Position numbers and translations under genes: made by a program | Source of the DNA: a virus | Taxonomy: Duplodnaviria > Caudoviricetes | Virus record (IMG/VR): IMGVR_UViG_3300024262_000013 | Length of the DNA: 64,000 bases | Reading direction: 5' to 3' (one strand) | Notes under the pieces: model-generated | Told to the model about the DNA's origin: nothing | The model's input: the letters and a program-made list of their open reading frames with translations, nothing else | The model's database searches: none | Shown here: positions 19,318 through 28,919 of the stretch, piece after piece | Layout of the letters: each line of letters begins with the position of its first letter | How positions within the stretch are numbered: the stretch's first letter is position 1

Positions 19318-21291
19318 TTAATAAGATTTTCCAGATGCTTTAGCAGGTAACGTTGAGCCGGCAACTACCGGTGGTACCGCTAATGGTGGTATCCACACTT
19401 CAACCTTACCGTTAGATAGTTGTTCTTGATAACTACCCTTTATTTGTTGGGCTATTGCCGGCATCGCAATATTTACTGCTCCACTTGGTAAATCTCCTGT
19501 CGGTATACCTAAAGATTGAAATCTTTCAGTAACTTCAGTCATGGCTCTTGTCGGTGAAAACCCACCCAATAATGAGCTAGCTGCCAACGCAAATGATGGT
19601 AATGAAATACCTGATGCTGCGGCGCCTAAGTTTAAGAGTTTTAATATTTCATCAACTAAACTTTTACATTCCCTATAATCAATAAACCCCTTTATTAATT
19701 GTATTAACATAAATATTACACCGGCTATCATCGAGGCTTGTTTATTTTTAGCTTCTTTTATCACTTCTATTATTAAAGTTTCTACTAGTAATCTTAAGTT
19801 CTTTTTTAATAGAATAAATAATTCCTCCACAAATATCGCGGCAATCTTACTTAACATATTAGTAATAAACTTACCGAAAGTTTTAATAAAAGACTCTAAA
19901 CTACTAAATGCTAAAATATTTGAAAAATTAGGGTTAACCGATTTCATAACAATTTGTAATCCTAAAAGCATTTTTGGTCTTAGTATTGCAAACATTACCG
20001 CTTTAGGTATTATCTTTAAAAAATCACTGTTTATTGCGACGTTTAAATTTAAATCTACACCCGAAGGAATATTTAATTTCCAATCTTGGTCTTTTGACAT
20101 ACCATTTACTAATGACATTAAATTATTGGCGTTATCGCCAGCATTACCATTATCATCATTAATTAACTGAGTCATTGAGTCTAATAATGCTTCGGTATTA
20201 ACGGGGAACTTTAGATTGTTACAATCCGTAAATTCAGTAACCCCTTGAATCATATTATTAACCTCTATTTCAATATTTTTTAAATCTACAGGTGCCATCT
20301 CAAAAAATGATTGGTCGATATTATCTAATTGACCTAATTTAGCGGTTCCTTGAACATCTATTTCTTTTTTACTATCAAAACATAAACCTAATATTCTTTG
20401 TATTATTTTTTCAAATTTACTTTGTTCCTCTTTTTGGTTGACTGAAATACCACCTGATATATCAATAATGTTAGTTAACATATTCATAATCTCTACCGAA
20501 ACCATACTAAAGTCAATTAAATCAATAGACCCATAATAGTCTCGTAAAAAATCACCTACATTATTTCCCGTTAATCTGTTAGATAATGTTACCTCATAAA
20601 AATCACCAAAAATTGGTGTTGATGTGATTGGGTCATTATAAGTTGTCACATATTTTAAATCAAAAAGACCTACTCCTGATGCTCCGGGATAACTATTACC
20701 ATACTCACTGTTGAATGATGTTCCTTGATTTTGTAGTCGATTATAAAGTTCTCTATCCATCGAAAATGGTTGAGAACCAACTGAAATGTCATTTTTTTCA
20801 TATCTTAGAGACCATGGTTTACCTGATGGGTCATTTTTTAATAACTCTTTTAAATCAATATCGGAGACTGGAACATAAATTGGTTGATTATTAAATTCTT
20901 GTTCTTCAGAACAACCGGCAACCTTTAAGACTTCATCTGTAATTATTTCACCTATTCTAGACTTAGTATTTTGACTTGCCATTAGAACTTGCTTGATAAG
21001 GAAATCCATAGTTGAGGAACCAGTATTCTTAAACTTATCTCCACTTGGCATGGATTTCTTAAGTAAGTTAGTTAACTCATCGAAAGTGTTTTGGAACTCT
21101 TGTTGAGCTCTTTGTTTAATGTCACCCATAGCATTAAGTTGCTTTAAGGTTTCACTCTTAGCTTTTGAGATATTACTGTCTAATCCGTCACTTAATTTTT
21201 TTATCTTATCTTCGTTAACCGTGGTTTGGATGGTAGACTTATAAGAATCAATTTTAGAACTCGCTTGATTAAATTTATCTTTAATTGGCAT
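19318..21291 (-). CDS. hypothetical protein (657 aa), probably tail/baseplate-associated
   Basis: Long ORF in the same operon as the spike gene; no family motif recognised. Confidence 0.75.
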   Translation of the reverse strand: MPIKDKFNQASSKIDSYKSTIQTTVNEDKIKKLSDGLDSNISKAKSETLKQLNAMGDIKQRAQQEFQNTFDELTNLLKKSMPSGDKFKNTGSSTMDFLIKQVLMASQNTKSRIGEIITDEVLKVAGCSEEQEFNNQPIYVPVSDIDLKELLKNDPSGKPWSLRYEKNDISVGSQPFSMDRELYNRLQNQGTSFNSEYGNSYPGASGVGLFDLKYVTTYNDPITSTPIFGDFYEVTLSNRLTGNNVGDFLRDYYGSIDLIDFSMVSVEIMNMLTNIIDISGGISVNQKEEQSKFEKIIQRILGLCFDSKKEIDVQGTAKLGQLDNIDQSFFEMAPVDLKNIEIEVNNMIQGVTEFTDCNNLKFPVNTEALLDSMTQLINDDNGNAGDNANNLMSLVNGMSKDQDWKLNIPSGVDLNLNVAINSDFLKIIPKAVMFAILRPKMLLGLQIVMKSVNPNFSNILAFSSLESFIKTFGKFITNMLSKIAAIFVEELFILLKKNLRLLVETLIIEVIKEAKNKQASMIAGVIFMLIQLIKGFIDYRECKSLVDEILKLLNLGAAASGISLPSFALAASSLLGGFSPTRAMTEVTERFQSLGIPTGDLPSGAVNIAMPAIAQQIKGSYQEQLSNGKVEVWIPPLAVPPVVAGSTLPAKASGKSY

Positions 21292-21302
21292 AATGGTTAA
21301 TT

Positions 21303-21677
21303 TTAATCTAGATTATAACCACCTTTTTTATCGTCATTACCTAAATCCTGTTGTATTAGGGTCTGTAATGTATCGTCATCAATATCGGATAAACTGAAAT
21401 CTTCACTTGTAGTGTTACTAGTTTTTTCCCATATTGATGATTGTAATTTTGATAGTGATAATTTTTTCTCTATGGTATCGTTTACGATTTTCTGTTGTTC
21501 CTTAATAACAGGACCAATAACGGTCATATCTTCAGGGTCCTTTAACATCGCTAACATTTTATTTTGAATCCTTATGGCAGTCGCTCTCTGTTCAACAAGT
21601 TCATTATAAATTTCTTGCATAAGAGAAAGAACTGAGTCCTTACTTAATACTATTTGTTTTTTTTTAGGTCTTGCCAT
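21303..21677 (-). CDS. helical hypothetical protein, weak candidate for terminase small subunit
   Basis: TATTTATA upstream (21684-21691). KIVNDTIEKKLSLSKLQ loosely resembles the gp16-type helical hairpin. The ORF is secure; the function is speculative. Confidence 0.35.
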   Translation of the reverse strand: MARPKKKQIVLSKDSVLSLMQEIYNELVEQRATAIRIQNKMLAMLKDPEDMTVIGPVIKEQQKIVNDTIEKKLSLSKLQSSIWEKTSNTTSEDFSLSDIDDDTLQTLIQQDLGNDDKKGGYNLD

Positions 21678-21706
21678 AATATTATAAATATTTATAGAAT
21701 AACTTT

Positions 21707-22567
21707 TTACAGATTATGTAGCTTATTTGTTAGCTCGTAATATAATTTTTTGTACTTCCTCATTGATGTCCTTATCTCTTTAGTGGACATATTGGTCATA
21801 TCACGTAAAGATAATAGTATAATATTCTTGTTAAATTTGTTATTATCCGTACCAATAAAAATGTTACCATAGTTCTCAAATAACTCTATTAGTGCGTACC
21901 CTAACTTTAATTCGTTATTATTTAAATCGTTAGATTCTATATAATTCTCTAATTCTTTAATAAAGTGTCTAATTACATCTGTCGCATCTACTTTCTCATG
22001 TTCGAGATAATAAATCATATCAGGTCTACTTTCTAATTTAGTCGTGATATCTTCATAAGAAATTTTTCGATTCTGTTCTTTTTGGTCTTTTATAATCATA
22101 CCCATTAGGTAATTTTTACAAATAGTACCAAAATAAGAATACGCCTTTTTATTCCTTTCAGGTTTAAATTTTTCTACTTTAGTTATTAAAAATGAATGTG
22201 TATCATGATTAATTTCACGAAACTCCATACCTTTTCTATAAAGTTTATATCTACGAATGATTGATTCTATCATTTTATCTAAAGGTGTCCTTAGAAATTC
22301 ATTATATATTTCATTTTTTTCGGTATATGTAGAAGCCGTTAGAAATAATCTAACCGCTCTTTCTTCTCTCTCAGCAAAATAATTAGTGGGGCTTGGTTTT
22401 CTCCCCCTCTTTTTTGGTTCACTAGATTCGTCAGTCTCAGTACTACCCGACACTACCTCAGTAGTTACAGTGCTACCGGATACTAATTCAGTAGTTATGG
22501 TATTACCTGACACTACAATCTTAACTGATTCATCATTAGAAGTAGTGTTTTTGGGTTTTAATATCAT
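21707..22567 (-). CDS. phage sigma factor, T4 gp55-like (late transcription)
   Basis: FKPERNKKAYSYFGTICKNYL resembles sigma region 2 of gp55-type proteins; preceded by an NYF...helix region. Confidence 0.7.
   Translation of the reverse strand: MILKPKNTTSNDESVKIVVSGNTITTELVSGSTVTTEVVSGSTETDESSEPKKRGRKPSPTNYFAEREERAVRLFLTASTYTEKNEIYNEFLRTPLDKMIESIIRRYKLYRKGMEFREINHDTHSFLITKVEKFKPERNKKAYSYFGTICKNYLMGMIIKDQKEQNRKISYEDITTKLESRPDMIYYLEHEKVDATDVIRHFIKELENYIESNDLNNNELKLGYALIELFENYGNIFIGTDNNKFNKNIILLSLRDMTNMSTKEIRTSMRKYKKLYYELTNKLHNL
22441..22520 (-). repeat. 30-nt degenerate tandem repeat (about 2.7 copies)
   Basis: Encodes VVSGNTITTE-LVSGSTVTTE-VVSGST in the sigma factor N-terminus. Confidence 0.8.
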
Positions 22568-23373
22568 TAAACATCCATTACTTGATAGTTTATGTCTCTA
22601 TCCTCAATAAAAAAATGTTCTTTTTTAGCGGTATCTATCCAAAACGCAACTTCGTCCTCAGTTATTTTTTTCTCACCAAATTTGTAATTCCAAAAAATTC
22701 CTCCTTCTCTCATGTTCATATGTTTATATCCAATTCTTGGTATTGTCATAATATTTACTGAATTATAACTCAGTCTTAGTAGGAACTCATATACAAAAGT
22801 TAATTTCATAGATTTTTTAAATCCGCCAAAGTCATTAAATATTGATTTCTTAATTACTATTCCACTTGTTTGAAAATTTTGATAGTTTAATAAAACTTCA
22901 TTTGTTAAGTAACCAATTTCAGAATTCATATTAGCTGCAAAGGTTGCTTCATTTGTGAATCCAGCAAAAACTCCTTTCTCGTCTACATCAAGAACTAAAG
23001 GTAGAAACCCTGAAACCTCTGGGTAAGCTTCCATATATCTTTTAACGTTTTTAAACCATATTGATGCGTATTCATCATCAAATTCAATTAATGAAACCCA
23101 TTCATTTTTAGCGTTTTCAACACCTAAATTTACTTGAGACGCAAAATCAACATCTCCAGTGTTTTCTACCAAATTCACTGTAAGACCACTGTAGTTGAAA
23201 TTTTGTACTACTTCTTTTAACGATTCTTCATCGCTGTGTACAATAACTAACTCATCAATCGGTGTTGATTGTTTTGCTATTGATAGGATACAACTACTAA
23301 AAAAATCTACAAAATTTTTAACTTTCGATGAGTTGATAGGTAGTATCGCCGATACATTTAATTTATTTTCCAT
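22567..23373 (-). CDS. glycosyltransferase family 2 (GT-A)
   Basis: VSAILPI, FASQVNLGVENAKNEWVSLIEFDD (DxD-like), and a C-terminal EFLLRL...IPRIGYKH segment. Confidence 0.85.
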   Translation of the reverse strand: MENKLNVSAILPINSSKVKNFVDFFSSCILSIAKQSTPIDELVIVHSDEESLKEVVQNFNYSGLTVNLVENTGDVDFASQVNLGVENAKNEWVSLIEFDDEYASIWFKNVKRYMEAYPEVSGFLPLVLDVDEKGVFAGFTNEATFAANMNSEIGYLTNEVLLNYQNFQTSGIVIKKSIFNDFGGFKKSMKLTFVYEFLLRLSYNSVNIMTIPRIGYKHMNMREGGIFWNYKFGEKKITEDEVAFWIDTAKKEHFFIEDRDINYQVMDV

Positions 23374-23378
23374 AATTA

Positions 23379-24443
23379 TTAATTTTCTTCTTCTACTTTA
23401 AGTTTATCTAATTGAGATTCGAATGTAACTTTTCTAATATCTAAGTAACCCGTGAAGGTATTTATGACGTTAGACTCGAACTCTTCTCTGTTTTGAAATT
23501 TATTAGCGGTTTCTAAACCTACGGTATATAACTCTTCATTTATATTATCCTCTAACCAATTTTGAGTGAATTCAGCAATAATGTCAGTCATCTGATTTAA
23601 CTCATATGTCCATATCCCATTATTCTCTAACATCCATTCAGGTTTTAAGTTAGGTACCTTACCAATTACAGGTGTTTTACTTGCCATAGATTCAAGTGGG
23701 AAAGTACCTACCGATGACGTGTCGTCTACCCATATAGAAACAAATGAGTCCTTTAGGTACTCTGCGAACTCTTCTTGATTAAGACCTCTCATATCTCTAA
23801 ATGTTACCCATCTAAATTGTGGGTATTTTAAATAAAAGGTTTTAATTATTTTCATCGTATCCCTCTGTTCACGAGTATGTATAGAAATAATTGGTTTAGA
23901 TGGGACTTCTTTAGGTGAAAATATTTCAGAAATGAAAGGTGGAATAATATCAAATGTGACATTTTTCATAACACTCTTAACATATTCTGTCTGTTTTTCA
24001 CTTGTAGTGATAGCCTTTAAGAAACCATATTGTGACCAAGTGGTACCTGGTTGAAGTGTTTCTAACATATGGTCATACGCTTGACAAGAAATAATTTTAC
24101 CACAAGGTAAATTTGATACTTGCTCTAATACGTGACCGTATATTTCAGGAACGACCATAAAATCCTCAGGAGAAATTTTTAAATTTTCTCCATCAATAGA
24201 TTCGTGAGGTAATTCCATATATTTCTTACCTAACCATTCAGAAACTCCCGTATATTCTTTTGTTTCATGAATTATGATTGGATTAAATCCGTTATTTTTA
24301 AGAGTTAAGGCAATCTCATAAGTTTGTCTTACGGATGCCCTAGCATTACCCTTAGTATCTTGTGTTAAAAAATAAATTCTAACTGATTTATCTTTTAATC
24401 TCTGAACTGATTGTTCAACTTTATTTAATAGTTCTGTGTTCAT
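23379..24443 (-). CDS. glycosyltransferase, GT-B (GT4-like)
   Basis: C-terminal SVGTFPLESMASKTPVIG donor-binding motif; N-terminal PEIYG...QAYDH. Confidence 0.75.
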   Translation of the reverse strand: MNTELLNKVEQSVQRLKDKSVRIYFLTQDTKGNARASVRQTYEIALTLKNNGFNPIIIHETKEYTGVSEWLGKKYMELPHESIDGENLKISPEDFMVVPEIYGHVLEQVSNLPCGKIISCQAYDHMLETLQPGTTWSQYGFLKAITTSEKQTEYVKSVMKNVTFDIIPPFISEIFSPKEVPSKPIISIHTREQRDTMKIIKTFYLKYPQFRWVTFRDMRGLNQEEFAEYLKDSFVSIWVDDTSSVGTFPLESMASKTPVIGKVPNLKPEWMLENNGIWTYELNQMTDIIAEFTQNWLEDNINEELYTVGLETANKFQNREEFESNVINTFTGYLDIRKVTFESQLDKLKVEEEN

Positions 24444-24446
24444 AAT

Positions 24447-24749
24447 TTAAATATATTTTATAATTCCGTGTCTTAATAAGGTATTAAATGCAATTTTAAA
24501 GGGAATACTTAAACTCTTTGAAGTTCCACGTATACCTAAATTATTATCTAATTCTTCTCTTTCGGTTAATACAACCTCTAACATCATTTTTATTGTTTCA
24601 AATTTTACAACACTAATATGTTGTAAAAATTTATCTTCATCTTTATCTTCAGAAATTACCACTTCTTCATTATCTGACTTTGGTATGTTAACTTGTGACT
24701 CTAAAGATTCAAAATCAACGTAATAGTTCTCACCTAAAAATTGTAACAT
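24447..24749 (-). CDS. hypothetical protein (100 aa)
   Basis: Tightly packed ORF within the operon. Confidence 0.7.
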   Translation of the reverse strand: MLQFLGENYYVDFESLESQVNIPKSDNEEVVISEDKDEDKFLQHISVVKFETIKMMLEVVLTEREELDNNLGIRGTSKSLSIPFKIAFNTLLRHGIIKYI

Positions 24750-25399
24750 TATTTTAATTTTAATTTTTTATATAGTTCTTTAAATTCAACGATATCATTA
24801 ATACTATATTTCGATTTAACTTCTTCATTATATGATGTGGAGTACTTAATAACTGTTTTATTCTGTGGTTGTTCTATGATGTGATTTGGGTTTGCCGTAA
24901 TTAAAATATCCACCTCATCCCACATACTGTCTAATGTAATATTAGAATAGAATTTTATTTTTTCAACTAAACACCCATACTTTGATAGAAAAAATAATGT
25001 CGATGGTTTAGACTTACCAATTTCATCAGACACGATTATCACTTCATGGTTATCTCTTAAGGTTTCGTATATATCATTTAAAACATTAAATGTGGGTCCG
25101 CTGATAGACGGTGAATGACCAAAAATTTGCATGGCGAAATCAACGTAGAAAAAATCATATAAATCTTCTTTATTTTTAAATTTAAAGTGATTTATTAGAT
25201 TATCTAAAGATTTTACCGGTAAATCTAGTTCGTATTTAAAAGTGTCTTTATCTCCTTTTTCATCGAATTCTTCAGTTTCTTCATTATAAGTTAATGTGTT
25301 CTCATCTTCAAACTCATCAATATAATATTTTTGATATATTTGTTCCGCTTTTAAAAAAGTGTCTCTTAGTACTCCGTTAATGTCAAATGCTATTCTCAT
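24749..25399 (-). CDS. HAD-family 5'(3')-deoxyribonucleotidase-like protein
   Basis: RIAFDINGVLRD (DxxGVL motif I), VIIVSDE, and K...DILITANP pattern. Confidence 0.7.
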   Translation of the reverse strand: MRIAFDINGVLRDTFLKAEQIYQKYYIDEFEDENTLTYNEETEEFDEKGDKDTFKYELDLPVKSLDNLINHFKFKNKEDLYDFFYVDFAMQIFGHSPSISGPTFNVLNDIYETLRDNHEVIIVSDEIGKSKPSTLFFLSKYGCLVEKIKFYSNITLDSMWDEVDILITANPNHIIEQPQNKTVIKYSTSYNEEVKSKYSINDIVEFKELYKKLKLK

Positions 25400-26100
25400 G
25401 TGTCGTATCTATCTAATATTTTAGTTATTAATGGATTACGTATAATGTCCTCATTTTTAAAGTTAAACGTACCAACTTTTTCCATATCTTTAAATCTCAT
25501 GGTAGCGTCATATAATCCTGATTGGGTCTTATCACGATACCTATCTGTCTGGTCAATATCTCCAGAAATAAAAAATTTACTATTAAATCCTATTCGTGTT
25601 AATAGTAATTTCATTTGACTCGGTGTTGAGTTTTGAGCTTCCTCAAAGATTAATAACGAGTTATCAATATTCATACCTCTCATATATGCTAAGGCAAAAA
25701 CTTCAATTATATCGTTTTCCTTTAATTTCTCTCTAACTTCTTTACCTATGATTTTATTTAATAAATAATATGAAGGGAAAATATAGGGGTCTAATTTTTC
25801 TTCGAGATTACCAGGTAATGCTCCTAATTTTTCTTCTGCCTCGACCGCGGGTCTAACAATTATAATTTTTTCATAAGAATTATCTGTTTCCATTAAAAGC
25901 TCTACAGCTGCTTTCATCGCTATATATGATTTACCAACACCTGCTGGTCCGGTACAGATTGTTATCTCACTTGATTTTAATATATTATAGTACTCTTTTT
26001 GACTTTCAGATAAAAACTTTTGTTTAGGGTTTTTAGTTATTATTTTATTAATTAAATCTTTTCTCGGTATTTTATTATTCGTCTCTACTTTTCTTGCCAT
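25396..26100 (-). CDS. phoH: PhoH-like ATPase
   Basis: GPAGVGKS Walker A, RPAVEAEEKLGALPG, AYMRGMN, EEAQN and SGDIDQTD motifs. Confidence 0.95.
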   Translation of the reverse strand: MARKVETNNKIPRKDLINKIITKNPKQKFLSESQKEYYNILKSSEITICTGPAGVGKSYIAMKAAVELLMETDNSYEKIIIVRPAVEAEEKLGALPGNLEEKLDPYIFPSYYLLNKIIGKEVREKLKENDIIEVFALAYMRGMNIDNSLLIFEEAQNSTPSQMKLLLTRIGFNSKFFISGDIDQTDRYRDKTQSGLYDATMRFKDMEKVGTFNFKNEDIIRNPLITKILDRYDT

Positions 26101-26120
26101 TATTATATATAATTTAAATT

Positions 26121-27116
26121 TTATTTTTGATGATTAAATCCGGTCCAGTATTCAATCATTTCATCTAACATACTCTCAAATGTGTAGTTAGGCGACCAAT
26201 TAGTTTTTTCTCTTAATTTACTATTATCTCCCTTTAAATCTTTTAATTCTTCAGGTCTAAAATATTTATCATTAACTTTAACATATTCCTCTACATTTAG
26301 TTCTAGTTTATTAAATACGTATTCAACTAAGTCTTTAACTGAGTGTGATACCCCTGTAGAACATATAAAGTCATCTGGTTCGTCTTGTTGTAATATTAAC
26401 CACATAGCTTCGACATAGTCTTTTGCGTGTCCCCAGTCTCTTGTTGCATCCATATTACCTAATACTAACTCACTTCTAAGTCCTTTTTTAATTTCAACGG
26501 CAGTTTTAACCACTTTATTAGTGACAAAATTAGTACCTCTTCTTGGTGACTCATGATTAAATAAAATTCCATTTGAAATAAACATCCCATATGAGTTACG
26601 GTAATTTTTTGAAATATTATAGGCAAAAACTTTTGAACACCCATAAGGCGAAACTGGACTCATCGGAGTATTTTCTCGTTGGTAACCATCATCATCAGTA
26701 TTGTTTCCAAACATTTCAGATGAAGAAGCTTGGTATATTTTAATGGTTGGGTCAATTAATTTTACGGACTCTAATAGGTTGAGTGTACCAATAGCGGTAA
26801 CATTAGCGGTATATATCGGTTGGTCAAAAGATATTCTTACGTGTGACTGAGCAGCTAAGTTATAAATCTCATCAGGTTTACATTTTTGTATTATCCTTAT
26901 TAGTGAGGATAAATCAGTCATATCAACATACTCTAAGTTATCCTTTATTAACTCATAAGATTTACCTAAACGATTAGTTTGGTTTTCTGAAACTGAATTA
27001 CGTTTTACTGTTCCCCAAACTTCGTATCCTTTTTGTAATAAAAATTCAGCTAAATAGGAACCATCTTGACCATTAATTCCGGTTATTAAGGCAACTTTAT
27101 TTTCTCGTTGTTTCAT
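26121..27116 (-). CDS. gmd: GDP-mannose 4,6-dehydratase
   Basis: ITGINGQDGSYLAE, LAAQSHVRISF, YQASSSEMFG, SPYGCSK, NHESPRRG and RDWGHAKDYV motifs. Confidence 0.97.
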   Translation of the reverse strand: MKQRENKVALITGINGQDGSYLAEFLLQKGYEVWGTVKRNSVSENQTNRLGKSYELIKDNLEYVDMTDLSSLIRIIQKCKPDEIYNLAAQSHVRISFDQPIYTANVTAIGTLNLLESVKLIDPTIKIYQASSSEMFGNNTDDDGYQRENTPMSPVSPYGCSKVFAYNISKNYRNSYGMFISNGILFNHESPRRGTNFVTNKVVKTAVEIKKGLRSELVLGNMDATRDWGHAKDYVEAMWLILQQDEPDDFICSTGVSHSVKDLVEYVFNKLELNVEEYVKVNDKYFRPEELKDLKGDNSKLREKTNWSPNYTFESMLDEMIEYWTGFNHQK

Positions 27117-27993
27117 AATTTTGTTTAAACCAATCTACCGTTTCTTTTATTCCGACTTCGATAGGGGTGAATTTAAAATCGGGTAAGTACTTTTTTATTT
27201 TTGAGTTGTCTGAAGGTTTTCTGAATTGACCTTCAGGTTTATCGGTATTAAAAATTACTTTACCCTTAAAGTTAAACTCGTTTACTAATAAATCAACTAG
27301 TTCTTTAATTGAAATCTCTTCTGAGGTAGTAAGTATTATTGGTTCGTCTTCATTATACTCATTTAAAACCCATTCGGTTAGTTTAGCAATATCTTTTGAA
27401 TAGATGAATTCTCGTAGAGGATTGCCTGAACCCCAAACCTCAAACGGAGTATTATTTTTTTGAGCTAAATACATTTTATGTATTAACATAGGCATAACAT
27501 GACCGTGTTCTAAAGAAAAATTATCATTAGGTCCATAAATATTTGTTGGTATTACTGATTTATATTGTAACCCGTATTGTTCTCGATAGGCCCTAATTTG
27601 TATGTCAGCCATTCTTTTTGCATAAGCATAAGCATTATTAGAGGTGTGAGGTTCACCCAAATGTATTTTATCTTCAGTTAATGGATAATCAACTTCATTA
27701 GGAAAAACACAGGTGGATAAAAAGGTTACTAATTTTTTTACACCACTCAATCTCGCTTGTTCAATGACGTTAGTATTCATCATAATATTATCGTAAAAGT
27801 ACTCACCTTTATACTTCATATTAGAACCTAACCCACCAACTTTAGCTGCGGTGTGAATCACTTCTTTCGGGTTATAAAACTTAAACATTGATTTTACGCT
27901 TTCACTATTTCTTAAGTCAAAATGTTGAGTGGAAATTTTTACATCTCCCTTTAATGATGAACCTACTAATCCATTTCCAGTTATTAATCTCAT
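27097..27993 (-). CDS. fcl: GDP-L-fucose synthase (epimerase/reductase)
   Basis: HTAAKVGGL, FLSTCVFP, YAYAKR, PTNIYGPNDNF and WGSGNPLREFIYSKD motifs. Confidence 0.95.
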   Translation of the reverse strand: MRLITGNGLVGSSLKGDVKISTQHFDLRNSESVKSMFKFYNPKEVIHTAAKVGGLGSNMKYKGEYFYDNIMMNTNVIEQARLSGVKKLVTFLSTCVFPNEVDYPLTEDKIHLGEPHTSNNAYAYAKRMADIQIRAYREQYGLQYKSVIPTNIYGPNDNFSLEHGHVMPMLIHKMYLAQKNNTPFEVWGSGNPLREFIYSKDIAKLTEWVLNEYNEDEPIILTTSEEISIKELVDLLVNEFNFKGKVIFNTDKPEGQFRKPSDNSKIKKYLPDFKFTPIEVGIKETVDWFKQNYETTRK

Positions 27994-27994
27994 A

Positions 27995-28810
27995 TTACGA
28001 TATTGCTCTACCTTTTAGTTTATTCCAATCTTGTTCGGGTCTAACCTCTAAGTTAGTTTTCCAAGCTGCGTCTAATATGTTCATATTAACTCCAACATCA
28101 TTTGCCATAGAAATAATAGCGTTAATATCTTTAGGAAAACATGTACCACCAAAACCTAATTTACCATCAGGTCCAGGTACGTGTAAGTGTGAATCTCCAA
28201 CACGACCATCAGATGAGAAACCGTATACCGCGTCATCCCAATTAATTCCGACTAATTTAGCTAATCTATGGTATTCATTCATTAATGAGACTTTAGTCGC
28301 AAAAAATGTATTATTCATATATTTTATAAATTCGGCAGTTTTTGAATCGGTATGTATGAAGTGACGATTCATAAATCTATTTGAAAATAGTTTTTCAACT
28401 TTATCGGTTAGTTCCTTATCACCACCAAAAATTATTCTAGATTGAGTTAACATATCTAATTTAGCCGTTCTTTCAGTTAAAAACTCAGGTGAAAATATTA
28501 TATTTAAATGGGGATATTTTCTCTGTAACTCTTCTGTAGTACCAGGTAAGACAGTTGATTTGATAATATAAATGGGTCCCTCAACAGACTCTTCAAAAAC
28601 TTTTTCAATGAAGGATAAGTCTTGTCTACCGTCAACACTCATAGGTGTTGGTACGCATACAAATATAAAATCTGATTTATGTGTTTCACCTTTAGTATGT
28701 GTCGATTTTAATGGGTCTATATCATACACTCTAATTTCATTTGTTGGTGAAAACGCAAAAATTTGTGACTCCCCTACAAACCCGTTTCCAACTATACCTA
28801 CTATTTTCAT
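27995..28810 (-). CDS. short UDP-glucose/GDP-mannose dehydrogenase-family protein (no C-terminal domain)
   Basis: GNGFVG, FVCVPTP, KSTVLPG, SPEFL, KYMNN and GFGGTCFPKD (catalytic Cys); ends about 40 aa after the catalytic motif. Confidence 0.88.
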   Translation of the reverse strand: MKIVGIVGNGFVGESQIFAFSPTNEIRVYDIDPLKSTHTKGETHKSDFIFVCVPTPMSVDGRQDLSFIEKVFEESVEGPIYIIKSTVLPGTTEELQRKYPHLNIIFSPEFLTERTAKLDMLTQSRIIFGGDKELTDKVEKLFSNRFMNRHFIHTDSKTAEFIKYMNNTFFATKVSLMNEYHRLAKLVGINWDDAVYGFSSDGRVGDSHLHVPGPDGKLGFGGTCFPKDINAIISMANDVGVNMNILDAAWKTNLEVRPEQDWNKLKGRAIS

Positions 28811-28832
28811 AATTATAATTTTAATTCTAACC

Positions 28833-28863
28833 TAAATGTACTATACTATTTAAAAATCTCAAT
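28833..28863 (-). promoter_or_regulatory. host-sigma-type promoter candidate for the leftward sugar/PhoH/sigma operon
   Basis: ATTG-N19-TACATTTA on the - strand. Confidence 0.4.
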
Positions 28864-28919
28864 TGTTTGTTTATTTTTATAACTAAATTAATAACTTATA
28901 GTATATAAAACAACATAAT

